From Octopus sinensis (Eukaryota), in the NCBI RefSeq assembly GCF_006345805.1, contig NC_043000.1, forward strand, positions 105,648,001 to 105,712,000: DNA of 64,000 nucleotides, written 5' to 3'. The notes below the pieces were generated by a model. The model had not been told where the DNA came from and did not search any database. It saw only the letters and a program-made list of their open reading frames with translations. Position numbers and translations under genes: made by a program. Of the stretch, positions 41,865-55,441 are shown piece by piece. How positions within the stretch are numbered: the stretch's first letter is position 1; each line of letters opens with the position of its first letter.

Positions 41865-42119
41865 TGAGACATGGAGTGGCTAAGTGGATGAATGAGTTCA
41901 CAAGATTACAAAAAGATAATGGTAGATGGAGAAGAGAGGAATGTAATGAGTGGGCACAAGTAGAGGGAATGGATATTAAGATATGTTTTGAGGAAGAGAT
42001 TCAATGGAGCCATACTGTATGCAGGTAGGTATGTGAGGGAGGATGGAGGAGAATGCAGCATGGGTAGTGGAGGATTATGTGAAGAGGAGGGGCATGGGCA
42101 TAGATGACATGCCTTTATG

Positions 42120-43675
42120 GCCTCAGTTTTACTAAGCTGGGCTTGTCTTCTCAAGCACAGCAAATTGCCAATTGTCTTTATCCTCTGTGAACTCCGTGAG
42201 GCTCAACATCTGAAGATCATTTCTCACCACTTCATCCCATATCTTCCTGGGCCTTCCTCTTCTAAAGGTTCTCTCTGCATTTAGAGATCAGCACTTCATA
42301 TGCAGCTGTCCTCATCCATATGCATCACATGACCATACAAGTGCAGCCTTCTCTCTTGTACACTACACCTGATGCCTCTTATATCCAATTTTTCTCTTAA
42401 AACAGTTACATTTTGTTGTACATGCACACTTGCATTGCACATCCAGTGTAGTATGCTAGCTTCATTTCTTCCAAGTTTTTGCATGTCATCAGTAGTCACA
42501 GCCCATGTTTCACTGCCATGTAGCATAGCTGTTCATACATATGCCTCATACCATCTACCTTTCAAATTGAGGGAGGAGCCCTTTGTTACCAACAAAGGCA
42601 AAAGCTCTCTGAACTTTGCCCAGTTGGTTTTTATTCTAGTAACTACATTTTCAGAACAACTTCCTCCATTGCTAATTTGGTCACTTAGGTAAATATCTAC
42701 TGCCTCTAAAAAATTTGTGGAAGTTTATGCCCTGTACATTTTAGTGTTTATTGCACCTGCACATCTGCCACACACAATGACAATTTTCTCTGTTAATCTT
42801 CCTGTGATTCCACTGCACATCTTTTGTACCCATAGTTTACATGGGTACACCATTTGGAATTTTTATTTACACCTTTTCTAAATACTGGGCAGAGTCATTT
42901 CCTTGAAGGCACTAGTAATTGCTCTGCTTTTCTTCTTATTAATACTTTGATCTTTGCCAACTTAACCTTAAGGCCCTATGATTCTGGTCCTTGCTTCCAC
43001 ACCTGAAATTTCTTCTCTAATTCAAGTAGAGATTCAGCTATAAGAACAAGGTCATCAGCATAGAAGAGCTCCCAAAGTCAAGCAGTCCTAAATTCCTCTG
43101 TTATGGCCTGGTAGCCTAGAGGACTATAATGAACATGAGGGAGCTGAGAACTGATCCTTAGTGAACTCCTTGCACACTAAATTTGTTGCTATACTCATTG
43201 CCAGCTTTCACTTTGCTAACAATAACCTTGTACATGGCTTGGACAGCTTTCTCATACACTCACCTACAACTAGGTTCTGCATTGACCATCAGATGAGAGA
43301 ACAAGGGACCCCATCAAAGGTGTTCTCCATATCAACAAATGCCCCATACAGCAGTTTATTTTCTGCTAAATGCTTTTCCTGTAGTTGTCTTACTTGAAAG
43401 ATAGCATCAGTGGTGCTTCTCCTTGGCACAAAACCAAATTGCATCTAATCCAAGTTAAGTTTCTTCCAAGTTAGTTAAGCTATGACCCTTTCTATAACTT
43501 TCATGATCTGGTCCAGTAATTTGATATCTCAGTAATTACTTCTGTCTATGGCATTACCTTTACTTTTGTAGCAGTTGCTACACCAGTCATTGGGTATAAC
43601 CTCTTCCTGGACAACCTGATTAACTATATGGATATCTAGGTCATGTCCCAATCCTCCAGATATCATATAACTATA
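42120..43675 (-). mobile_element. Old RTE-clade LINE fragment (RT region)
   Basis: MLHGSETWAVTTDDMQKLGRNEASILHWMCN (ORF 42296-42526) plus other segments collinear with the 59.4-62.3 kb copy; many stops, CpG-decayed. Confidence 0.9.
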
Positions 43676-44065
43676 TATATCATCATCATCATCTATTCTA
43701 CATCTGTCCATGGGTTGAATGAGTAATGGGGTACCTCATCTTGCTCATGTTTCATTTATATTTGGTTTCTACTGCTAGATACCCATACATCAACAACTTT
43801 ACAGTCTGAATTGGGTGGCTTTTTTCATGTCACCAGAACTAGAAATATATGTCCTCATAACTTTACAGAGTATACTGGATGTATTTTCCTTGACACTAGC
43901 GTTAGAAAGTTAGCCATGTCCTGGTTGCAATTAAAGTTGGCCTCACAACGCTATGTCTGCTCATTTATCTGCCTCTTTACAGAGTGAGAAGCAAGAGTGA
44001 TAGGGGCATAAATGATATGATAGTGTAATGAATTAGAGGAGTACTCATTTTTCATTCAAGGCTGT

Positions 44066-44447
44066 GGAAGCACTCAGTCGGTTGCAACGACGAGGGTTCC
44101 GGTTGATCCGAATCAACGGAACAGCCTGCTCGTTAAATTAACGTGTAAGTGGCTGAGCACTCCACAGACACGTGTACCCTTAACGTAGTTCTCAGGGATA
44201 TTCAGCGTGACACAGAGAGTTACAAGGCCGGCCCTTTGAAATACAGGTACAACAGAAACAGGAAGTAAGAGTAAGAGAAAGTTGTGGTGAAAGAGTACAG
44301 AAGGGATCACCACCATCCCCTGCCAGAGCCTTGTGGAGCTTTAGGTGTTTTCGCTCAATAAACACTCAAAACGCCCGGTCTGGGAATCGAAACCGCGATC
44401 CTATGACCGCGAGTCCGCTGCCCTAACCACTGGGCCATTGCGCCTCA
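44066..44447 (-). mobile_element. Young tRNA-derived SINE (different family) with 12-bp TSD
   Basis: tRNA-like head ggcgcaatggcccagtggttagggcagcggactcgcgg..ggtttcgattccc at 44372-44445 (minus); direct repeat attcaaggctgt at 44054-44065 and 44448-44459. Confidence 0.9.
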
Positions 44448-46910
44448 ATTCAAGGCTGTATGACTGAGATGGCAAGGAGGTGATGAAAGTCTGTGAACCA
44501 GGATGTGTGAGAGAAAAAGGAATAAGAGTACACTAGCAGACAGAGTAACATGGAGTGATAATAAGCAATACAGGAGGAGAGGGTGCAGATAGAGTGAACT
44601 GGGCATAAGTGGCTCAGTGTAATCACCTACCCAATTACAATGAGATGAGCTGAAGAATTTGAGTGAGGTGGGAGGTGGCATGATGAATGGAATGTTGGTA
44701 GGTCCTGTGCCAGTGAGTAATACAAAGGAGTAAAGGGGAGAGGGTAGGAAGAGATGCAGTTGCATCTTGGCTGAAAGCAATGTACAGTAAAAAGAAGAGA
44801 TCAACTGCTATCTTCAGTTGCACTAGAGCATCATAGTACAGGGAAAACTGAGAAAAGGAGGGAGTGATTCAATGATGAGCAATAGGTATGGGTGAAAAAA
44901 TACACTGATGAGAAACAGTAGACGAGCAATAAAGATCTGGGTAAAAGAATGCAATGTATATCAAACAGGAAATGAGCAATGAAGAGTGTAATACATGTCA
45001 AACAGAAGAGACAACCACTGCTATATTTAGTCCAACCAACTGCATAGATCAGTGTGATTGACAAGATGAAGTGAGAGGTGAGAATAGAGGCTTGGGTACA
45101 TGAAGCAAAAGCCAGAGAGATAAAGGCATGGGTAAAAGGGGCATGGTTGACTGTCATGTGGGCAATTGATAGACGAGTGTTAGAAATGTGTAGTGCAAGG
45201 AACAAGAAATAGAGGGGCATGTGGTATAAGTGTTAAAGGGGTAAGAGGTTATCAGAGAGATCAATGATGTAGACTAGGCAGTACTTAGACATGCATACAT
45301 ACATGCACACAGGTACATAGATACATATCCACACACATACACACACACACACGCTCATACAAAAGTTTGGTTTCAATGCTTCATGAGTGAATTTGGTAGA
45401 CAGAAGTCATGTGGAAGCCTGTTGTATATATGAGCGCATATGAGAGTGTGTGTGTGTCTCTGTGTCCACCACCACCGCTTGACAATCAATGTTGGTATGT
45501 TAACATCCATGTAACTTAGCAGTTTGGCAAATAGGACTGATAGAATAAATAAAAATTAAGTACTAGGGTCAGTTTATTTGACTACAGTCCTTCAAGGCAG
45601 TGGCCTAGCATGGCCAGGCCCATGAGTGAAACAAGTAGAAGATGAAGAAAATATAAATAAAAAAATAAACACTTCGCTAAAGTGAGACCATGAAGAACTA
45701 TATCTGAAACTTAGCTTACTTGAAGCTGCTGCCGTTCCTTGACTCTTACATGCAGTAATGTTCATGCAGCTGACATTCTTGTTCCATCATTGTCAAATGT
45801 GATATTTTTAGCTAAGCAGAAATTTAAGCTCATCTCTGAAGCATTTAGTCTCTAAATATGTACAACTGAGCTTGATCTGGACTCAAATAACAATAGCAAT
45901 AACCACAACATTATCATTATCAACAACACCACCACTGCCCTCAACAACACTTCCACTGATCACTATCATCAACCATCACAATCACCACCAATGACATTAT
46001 TACTATCAGAAGCACTACCCCCCATCACTGCCACCATCATCAACAACACCAACACCAACACTGTTACCAACAACAAGCAAAGTACTAACAAGAGAGCCTC
46101 CACATGATCGATTAAACTGCCAAACATCTATCAAATCACACCACACAGTCTTAAAAAAAAGCCCTATTGGACTCTGGGTTTCCTGTACACAGGGAGAAGA
46201 ATACAAAAATAAAATTGTGGTTAGAATGCCTTTGATCATTGATCTGTCTGATTAAGGCTGACATGGGCCAAACAACATCAATGACACAACTACCACTACC
46301 ACCAACAACAATAACAACAACAACAAGACACAGCTGCTTGCCTACAAAAATATTAGCCAAATTTCCCTCAGATGACACATTATTATCTTATATAATGTAG
46401 TGCTTGATATACAAAAAGTCAGGATGGTCATGGCTGGTAATCTTTGATCATAATCATAACTCTACTCAATCAGAGCAGACCTGAGGTTAAACAACAATAA
46501 CAACAACAACTTTGTTCACAACCCTTTACATTGTGCACAATTCAGAAGAAATAACTGTCAAATCTTCTTCAAATCACAGCCTACCAAGGGTATACATAAA
46601 TACACTATATTTGAAAAGAAATGAGATGGTCAAAGCTGGATCGCCTTTTGACAACGACAGTAGATCTACTTGATCAGAGCCAATCTGGGGTTAAACAACA
46701 AATCTGAACATCTGCATCTCATTCTTCAGCCATGATACTTCAAAAGATCTAAATGATCATTATTATTTACCATTAATTTCATTACTTACCCAGCTTATTC
46801 TATGTGTAACATTCATGCCTTTCTCAAGGATTCTAACTGGTATTGACAAGGTTTTATAAGTTCAACTCTATACCAAATAATATGAATGGCTGCTGTTGTT
46901 TAATTCAAGG

Positions 46911-47477
46911 CAGCAGCCCCCAACCTTTCATTGCACCATGGACTGGTTTGATAAAAGACAATTTTGTCTAGGGATCTGGAGATCATGCAGGTAACAAATC
47001 ACAGTAAAGTCCATAATATATAATTTAATTTAACTGATATCAATGCTAGTGTCACATAAAAAAGCACTGGTACTGGTGCCAGATGAAAGACACTAGTGCT
47101 GGTGCCACATGAAAGGCACTGGTGCTGGTGCCTCATAAAAAACAACCAGTACACTCAGTGAAGTGGTTGGCTTTAGGAAGGGCATCCAGATGTGGAAACC
47201 ATGCAAGAACAGATGGTGAAGCCTGGTGTAGCCCCTGGGCTTACCATCTCTGGTCAAACCATCCAACCCATGCTAGTACAGAAAATGGACATTAAATGCT
47301 GCTGCTACTGATGATGATGATGATATATAATACATACATAAAGCAAAAATAGCTGGCTATCTGCAATAGTCAATGATATAGAAATAAAATTTTAAAATTT
47401 ATTCTTTCTGTGTGGCTTGGAACCAAATGATCCATGGCCCAATACTGGTTCACAGCCCAATGTTTGGATACTCCTCA
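46911..47477. mobile_element. hAT/Charlie-like MITE relic interrupted by an RTE tail
   Basis: Left end cagcagcccccaacctttc..gcaccatggactggttt and right end ..ggttcacagcccaatgtttggatactcctca resemble hAT-Charlie MITE termini. No intact 8-bp TSD. Confidence 0.4.
47041..47325 (+). mobile_element. RTE 3'-tail copy with internal ~26-bp tandem units
   Basis: gcactggtgctggtgcc units at ~47060-47140, then gtggttggc..aggaagggcatcc..ccaacccatgctag..(GAT)n. Confidence 0.75.
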
Positions 47478-48251
47478 TCTGAGGTATCTGTGATCACATG
47501 TTCCAGTCTTGACTATCCTGTCTCTTTATATTCTAGAACTACATTATCTAATGTTTGCTTCCTTTTATAAAAAAAAAGTAGAATGTGATTTGACTGGTAT
47601 ATCTACCAGGTCAAAAGATGACAGTGAGGACTCCTCAAATACTATGAATGTATTGGAGACATACTTCTATATTGACAGTACAGCCACTTTTATGTGTGAA
47701 TTAAGCAAAGCTATATTTTGTGGAGTGCTAAGGAAGTGTTAAAAGAAAATTGTTTGGTGTGCAAGGGTTTAAACAAAATATGGGTCAAACACTGTAAGCT
47801 ATCACACAACAGAAATATATGGATAAAAACATTAGTCTGTATAAAATGAAAATGTATACTATTTTTTTTAGAGATTAGTTTCTTTATTAGTATTTTCAGG
47901 TTTTATTTACTTACATTTAATTTTTTTTAAATTCTACTGCAAAAAAGATTATGATATGGAATTCAAGAATATAATTTGGTAACTTAAGAAAACTAAACAA
48001 AAAGGAAAAGAAAATGAGAAAAATAAAGCAGAAAGAGAAAAAAAAAGAAAATGTTTAAAAAATTTGAAAAAAGAAAACAATAAAAAGAGGGAAAGAAAAT
48101 GAGAAAAACTAAACAAAGAGAACAGAAAGGAAAAAACAAAATGCAAAAGTAAAAATGATTTTATCAACTTTTTACAGCTTTTGAGTGATTTTACTTTTCA
48201 AAACAAGCTTAATATGATTTATCACTTGAATTAATATATTTATATTTACAC

Positions 48252-48680
48252 ATGCTCTCTCTCTCCTCCCTCACTTCCTCCCTCTGTCTCTCTCATGCTC
48301 TCTCTCCCCTTCCTCTCTCTCCTTCCTTCTTTCTCCCTCACTTCCTCTCACTGTCTTTCTTTCTCTCTCTTTCTTTCACTTTCTCTTTCTTTCTCTCATG
48401 CTTTCTCTCCTTCCTCTCTCTTTCTCCCTCCTCTCTTTTACTCCCTCCTCTCTTTTTCTTCCTCCCCTCTCTTTCTCCTTCCTCTTTCCTTCTTCCTCAC
48501 CTCTCTCTCTCTCCATCTATGCCTCTCCACCCTAATCTTTTGCTCCTTTCCTGCCCTCTTTTCACTCACAATCCATACTCATTCCTTGTCATTAATTTTT
48601 TCCCTGTCCCTGTTCCCTGCCATATCCCCCTAGCCTCCCTTCTTACCATTCCTTTATTCCACTTACTCTCTCTCCTTTAG
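48252..48680. repeat. (CT)-rich low-complexity tract
   Basis: Nearly pure C/T sequence; the ORFs here are S/L/F/P artefacts. Confidence 0.9.
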
Positions 48681-49139
48681 GGTCTTAGCCTTACAGGTTA
48701 CAAAATGATCATCACTGGTGTTGTTGCCATAAAAAAAGCACCCAGTAAAGTTGCTAGCATTTAGGAAGGTCATCTTCCCATAGAAATCCAGCCAAAGAAG
48801 GCAATGGTGCATGATGCAATCCTTGTGACTTGTCAGGCCCTGTCAAACTAGCTAATCCATGCCAACATGGAATCTGTATGTTGAGTGATGATGATGATAT
48901 AATATATATTTTCTCTATTACTTGTTTCAGTCATTTGACTGTGGCCTTGCTAGAGCACTGCCTTGAAAAATTTCAGTCAAATGAATCAAGTCCAGTACTT
49001 ATTTTCTTTTAAAGCCTGGTATTTACACTATCGGTCTCATTTGCCGAACTACTAAGTTATGGGCACTTAAACACACCAACACTGGTTGTCAAGCAGTAAG
49101 GGGTGACAAAGACACACACACATAGATACAGGTTGGGGT

Positions 49140-50455
49140 TGGGGGTTGTGTGGGTGCGTTTTTACGTCTGTTGATGTGTGCAATGTTAGGTGCAATGTTG
49201 TCTAAGCAGGAGTAGCTTACTTTGATATTATGGGGGTTGAAGTGTTTGTAATACTTATGGCCTCTGGGGAAATGTTTCTTTATTAATGACAGGAAGCCCC
49301 TGGCTACAAGTTTAATGGGGAGTTATACAAGATTATTTTCTTTTTCCTAATTCTCTTGGGGTTCGTCCATGTACATAAGCATCATTGTATGGTGGGGGGG
49401 CATCCCCATTAAAGATCTCTATATTAGCTGAGAGTTTAGACACCTGTTTGATAATGCCTGAAACCAGGTTTCTAATTACCGCAGGAGGTGGTGAGCTCTT
49501 GTGGATATATACCATTTCTTCATTAGGCTTCCTGTAAGGGAAGAATTTGTCCATTTTCAGGTCTAAGGTTACATTCAAGAAATCGACTGTAGTCAGGTTG
49601 GTAGTAACTGTTGCAGACAAGCCAAACTCTTTGAATATTTTTATCAAGTCTTTCCTGAACCTGTCCATGGCATGGCCATTCATATGTCTTGAGATAGCCA
49701 GGCCATCGTCCATGTTCAGAGCTGACCTATGTGGATGGGTATCCAAAATGTGTAACCCGACAAGGTCGGCGATTTCAGCCCTATCAGTCTTCCCTATAAA
49801 ACATAACACAATGGATCACGTTTCTTCACCCAGAATTGGCTTTATGGACCAGAATTGGCTTTATGGCATTCATGATGATTCTGATATCAAGATTGCTAAT
49901 GCTGGTAATTTGTCAAGCAAAAGCTAGGGCCTTCAGTAGGAGGGGCTTAGATATGGATGGGCAGAAGTCAACAATGTCAAACTGGGTGAATTTGCAGGTT
50001 GATTTATTCTCAATACTATGGAACCAGGGTATTACAGCTGTGCTGGAGTTCCATTGAGTCGATCCTGTAGCCCTTCTGATGACAGAGTTGATAGTATTGA
50101 GTATATGCTTGCTAATAATACCTATTTCACTTTTAGAGGGGTTGATCAGCCTGCATTTGGGGTTAGAATGAAAATTAGACTTATGGTCCTAAAATGTAAT
50201 GGTGGAGGAGTCGTGTTGTGAGGCAGTCCATGTGATCCTCTATCTTAAGGCAGGTAGCTAGCCCCTTTGCTTCTGTGTGTTTATGTCATTGTATGTGGAA
50301 TTACAGGTTTTTTGTATGCTTTGGTGATGACACTTGTGAGGAGTCTTGAATGTGTGGAAATGTTTGTTTCATAAATATTTTTGTTTTGTCTACAAGGATG
50401 TGTACATTGGGAGATTGTTTAACATTGGTCATGTGGTCATTTAAGGAAGGGGTTA
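49140..50455 (-). mobile_element. Degenerate Penelope-like element RT fragment, DKT/(Y)RDDGL-type (Naiad-like)
   Basis: Minus-strand motifs in order: VDKTK(N)IY, KCRLINPSKSEIGIISKHIL, EIADLVGLHIL, MDDGLA, VDFLNVTLDL..PYRKPN..YIH, and FLSLIKKHFP..FN..IKVSYSC. Frameshifted. Confidence 0.85.
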
Positions 50456-50566
50456 GAAGAATGCCAAAACCTTAACTTCTTTACAATGTTCCATAAGTCA
50501 GTCTCAAAGTTCTTAAGGTCTTTCATAAGTGGGGGCACTGTATATGTGTGTGTGTGTGTGTGTATA

Positions 50567-51446
50567 CAGGGTGTGATGAATGTATTGTCGTCTAAATTAC
50601 ACAAAAATAAAATAACACTGACATCTCATTTTAACAGATATATTTACCAAAATTACATAAAGATATCATCAAACACTAAAGAGTAAATTTATTCAATAAA
50701 ATCACCATTGGCTTCAACCACAGCCTCCAGACAACTTCAGAATCTCCTGCAACTCTGCTGGATGGTCTGCTTGTTTAAGTTGGTAAATGCTGCCATAATC
50801 CTTGCCTTCAGTTCATCTTTGGTGTTACAAGGAGTTTTGTTGGTCTCTCACTCAACTGCGCCCCCACACATAATAATCAAGGGGGTTGCAGTCTAGGGAA
50901 TGACTAGATGTTAGGGGTGATGTGATCACAGAAATAGTCTGACAGTCATGACTGGGTCCTCCTGCTTGTGTGGCATGGTGCAGAGTCCTGTTGCCAGACA
51001 TAGGGTGTTCTAGCAGCCACCCTCTTGACCCAGGGCAGCACTACCTCCTAAAGGCACTTGATGTAAGGCTTTCATATTGAGTCAAGGCTGTGTGGGAAGA
51101 TGAATGGTAGCATAATGTCACCATAACTAGTGATCATTCTAAACAACATGATGTTGACTGGAGATTTGATTTTAATCACTCTCAATACATGTTTTGAGGA
51201 CATGGCAGGCCAGCAGTTGTTCTGTGTGTTCACCATTTGTTTATATTGGAACTTCCGGCATGAATGCCAAGCAGTACAGGATGTCATATCTAAATTTCTG
51301 GCAGAATGAATTGCGTTATGGTGCTGTTTTTCTCACAGACAGTACCCAACTGATCCTACTATACTGTGTAGTCACCAAAATTAAAAACAATGTGCATGTG
51401 TGAAATTAAAAATATAAAATGGCGACAATTTACCCATCGCACACCA
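50567..51446 (-). mobile_element. Internally deleted Tc1/mariner element, DD37D (maT)-like
   Basis: TA-flanked imperfect ~26-bp TIRs. Minus-strand PYVWQQDSAPCHTSR..HITPNI..CNPLDYYVWG..VVEANGDFIE*. The 37-residue spacing is reconstructed across a small deletion. Confidence 0.82.
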
Positions 51447-51459
51447 TATATATATATAT

Positions 51460-51790
51460 TAAATAAAATCCATTCTGTCTGTCTGTGTGTGTGTCTTCTA
51501 GGATCTCGGGCATATTCAATCTGATTGTGCTCAAATTTGATATGTAGATACTGACAGTATCAGGGCATGTAGAAGTCTTGAAAAAATTACAAAAAAGATT
51601 CCAGGTGAGAATGCGATTGATAAAGCCGTGGGAACATGCATTTGTACACGCAAGTACATCAGCTGTTGTGATCGATACTACACGTATGCAAGAAAAATGC
51701 ATGTGCAGTTTGCACAAAAAAGCCGGCTGGCTTGAAATAATACCACAGAAAAGGATGGTTGGACAAGTTGTTTTGAGAAAATTTGGTTTA
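51460..51790 (+). mobile_element. Possible non-autonomous Helitron/Helentron-type (DINE-like) fragment
   Basis: aaataaaatcc followed by (TCTG)n(TG)n and gattgtgctcaaatttg, resembling the 5' architecture of such elements. No termini verified. Confidence 0.3.
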
Positions 51791-51838
51791 AATGTTTGAC
51801 AACTCAGCACTGTCCATTGGATGGGGGTGCCTTTTGCT

Positions 51839-51877
<39 letters not shown>

Positions 51878-52149
51878 TAGATCCCGCTTTATAAATCCAC
51901 TGATAATAAATCCGGCTGCTTAATGTATCCAAAATGAGTTGGGACAGAGTTTTACACAAAATCTCTTGTTTAATAAATCCAAACCATCGCTTAGTAAATC
52001 CAGATGTCACTGCTTCTTCCTAAAGTGTCAAGTGACAGTGAATGAATGAAGTGTTTTTTTTTTTCACTCTTAAATACTGACAGGTTGGCTCCAGCAGCCA
52101 CAGCCAGCCAGTTATCATGTGGTACATTCCATCATCCAAAATAAATTAA

Positions 52150-52360
52150 TATTGGTTGTCAAGTGATGTTGGTGGACAAACACAGACACAAAGACACACA
52201 CACACATATATATATGAAGGGCTCCACCGAATCCACTCACAAGGCTTTGGTCAGCCTGGGGCAATAGTAAAAGACACTTGCCCAAGGTGCCATGCAGTGC
52301 AGTGGGACTGAACCCAGAACTATGTGGTCAAGAAGCTAGCTTCTTACCACAGCCACACAT
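52150..52360 (-). mobile_element. Degenerate tRNA-derived SINE
   Basis: aatccactcacaaggctttggtc..gacacttgcccaaggtgcc..gtgggactgaaccc matches the 27.7 and 41.0 kb family. Confidence 0.8.
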
Positions 52361-52372
52361 ATGTTTATATAT

Positions 52373-54260
52373 CATCATCATCATCATCATTTAATGTCTG
52401 TTTTCCATGCTGGCATGGGTTGGACAGTTTGACTGAAAACTGATAAGCTGGGAAGCTGCACCAGGCTCCAATCTGGTTTGGCATGATTTCAAGGGTGTAG
52501 TGGGTGCTTTTTACGTGCCACCAGCAAAGATTTCCAGTTATGAAACACTGGCATCAGCAGTGACTATGATCTCACTTGGCTTGACAGGACTTCTTGAGCA
52601 GAGTATATTGCCAAAGGTTTTGGTCACTTGTCACTGCCTCTATGAGGCCCAAAGTACAAAGGATGCTTCTTACGTGCCACTGAAATGGGTGCCAATTACG
52701 CAACACTGGCATTGGCCTTGACAACTTCACAAGGCTTCATGTGTTTTTTCAAGCACTGCATGTCACCTATCATTCAAAGGGTCCTTCTAAGTGCCAGTTA
52801 TGTAATACTGGCATCAGCCATGACTGCAATCTCACTTGGCTTGATAGGTCTTCTCAAGCACAGTATATCACCAAAGGTCTCAATCACTTGTCATTGCCTC
52901 TCTGAGGCCCAACATTTCAAGCATCATGCTTCACCACCTCGCCCCATGTCTTCCTGGGTTCACCTCTTCCACAGTTAGAAATCAGTACTTCTTCACACAG
53001 CTATCCTCAACCATATGCATCACATGACCATACTAGGGAAGTTGTCTCTCTTCTGCACCACATCTAATGCCTCCTTTTCTTTCAAGATGCTTACACTTTG
53101 TTGTAAATGCACATCTTGCAAAGCATACTAGCTTCATTTCTTTCAAGCTTTCACATGTCGTCAGTGGTCACAGCCCATGTTTCACTGCCATGTAGCATCA
53201 CTGTTCACACAAGCATCATACAATCTGCCGTTCACTCCAAAAGTGAGGCCCTTTGTTAGCAACTGAAGTAGGAGCTCTCTGAACTTTGCCCAGCCTATTC
53301 TTGTTCTAGCAGATACAGCCTTTGGGCATCCGCCCCTGCAACTAACTTGGTCACCTACATAACAGAAGCTATCAACCACTTCTAATTTTCACCCTGGTAT
53401 TTGATGGAGTCTATTTTCTGTACATTTTTGGTTTTAACTGTACCTGTGCACCTTCCACACGCGAAAACTATTTTCCTTGTTAACCTTCCTCTGATATTGC
53501 TGCACCTCTTACGTATCTATAGCTTACACCAAGTACATTTTATGGAGTTACTACCCAAACCCTTTCTACAGATTGAGCAAGGCCATCTACTTGAAGGGAT
53601 TTGTGATTTGTCTGCTCTCCTACTTACTAAGACTTTGGTTTTTTGATAGATTTATTCTAAGACCTTTCGATTCTGGACCTTGTTTCCATGCTTAAAATTT
53701 CTTCATTAGTTCTGGTAGTGATTTGGGTATAAGAAGAAGGTCATGAGCCTAGAGGAGCAACCCATCATGAATTCCTCTGTTATTGCCTGGAGGACTATGA
53801 TGAATAAGAGGGGACCGAGGGCTTTGGTGAACCCCTACTTGTATCCTGAATTCATTGCTATACTCATTGTTAACCTTCACCTTACTGACAGCATCCCTGT
53901 ACATGGCTTGTAACAGCTCTCACCAACCACTCATTTATCCCTAGCTTCTGCATTGACAACCAGATAAGGGAGCAGGGGACTCTGTTGAAGGCTTTCTCCA
54001 TGTTGAGAAAAACCAGGTACAGAAGTTTATTTTTGGCTAGATATTTATCCTGCAGTTACCTCAGCAGGAATATAGCATCAGCTGTGCACCTACCTGGCAC
54101 AAATCTGAACAGCATCTCATCTATGCTAACTCTATTCCTAATTAATTGAACTATGACCCTTTCTGTGACTTTCATCACCTGGCCCAGCAATTTGATGCCT
54201 CTGTAATTATTTCTGTCTAAGGCATCATCTCTACCTTTGCAGCAGTTGACTATAATGCTA
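52373..54260 (-). mobile_element. Older 5'-truncated RTE-clade LINE with 3' UTR and (GAT)n tail
   Basis: (CAT)n and reversed terminal hairpin at ~52373-52420; RT pieces YVGDQVS..SARTRIGWAKFRELL and [32 protein letters not shown]; ends at a (TA)n array. Confidence 0.92.
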
Positions 54261-54266
54261 TATATA

Positions 54267-54380
<114 letters not shown>

Positions 54381-55054
54381 TATATACATATATATATATA
54401 TAGGGAGATGGAGAGAGAGAGATCGAGATCTAGGTATATCAACACATAGGATGCCAGAAGTGGTTAGGTGCAATAGCATAGGGTTCACAGTAAGGTAAAA
54501 CAATGAAGGTGTAGAGAGGCACAAGAAGCCAGCACCATTTTGTATGAGATCTCACTGGTAGTTATTACCATGTCTGAGACAGGAGCGAGATCTCGCCTGC
54601 AACCATTTGCCATGTGTGAGATGACAGCGAGACTCTCATCGGCAACGACTATTTAAGCAGGAGAATTAAGACATTTTTTGTCTTTCTTCCTTCTCGCTTA
54701 CACTGAGAAACACTGCAAAGCCAGCAGCTCATAGCAGACTCTTAGCCCGCTGTAACTTCACCTGTTATCTTCAGAGGTAATGAACCTCATGTGAACAGAG
54801 CTATAATGAATAAAAATCCCAAGTGAGTTACAGACATACTCACATCATGTGAGTTTGGATCCAGTAATAAACACTTAGTCTTTGGCAGTGAGTATCACTT
54901 CAGTAGTAGTACTCATTGATGAAGACTAAGTGTTTATCACAGGGTCCAAAATCATGTGATGTGAGTACATCTGCAATTCATTTGCAATTTTTACTCAGAT
55001 GGCTTTTTATATATTTGTTTTCCTTGAATTCATCAGTGTGTATATAAGTGGTCA

Positions 55055-55268
55055 TTGCCAGGCCCACCTCACTGGTTCCTATGCCAGTGGCATGTAAAAA
55101 GCACCCACTACACTCTCAGAGTGGTTGGCATTAGGAATGGCATCCAGCTGCAGAAGCATTGTCAGATTGGAGCCTGGTGCAGCTCTCCAGACCTCAGTCA
55201 AACTGTCCAACCCATGCCAGCATGGAAAACGGACGTTAAACGATGATGATGATGATGATGATGATGAT
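55055..55268 (+). mobile_element. RTE 3'-tail copy
   Basis: gtggcatgtaaaaagcacccactacac..ccaacccatgccagcatggaaaacggacgttaaac(GAT)n, closely matching 62120-62313. Confidence 0.9.
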
Positions 55269-55302
55269 ATATGTATGTATGTATGTATGTATATATATAT
55301 AT

Positions 55303-55368
<66 letters not shown>

Positions 55369-55441
55369 ATATGTATGTATATGTATACATATGCATGTAT
55401 ATGTATATACGTATATATAAGTATGTATATGTGTATATATA

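Noticed and set aside
44372-44445. tRNA-like sequence on the minus strand
   Set aside because: It is the head of a TSD-flanked SINE and runs straight into the SINE body; not a stand-alone tRNA gene.
54510-54887. Solo-LTR-like segment (TG..CA, tatttaa, aataaa)
   Set aside because: No matching TSD and no second copy or internal domain in the window.
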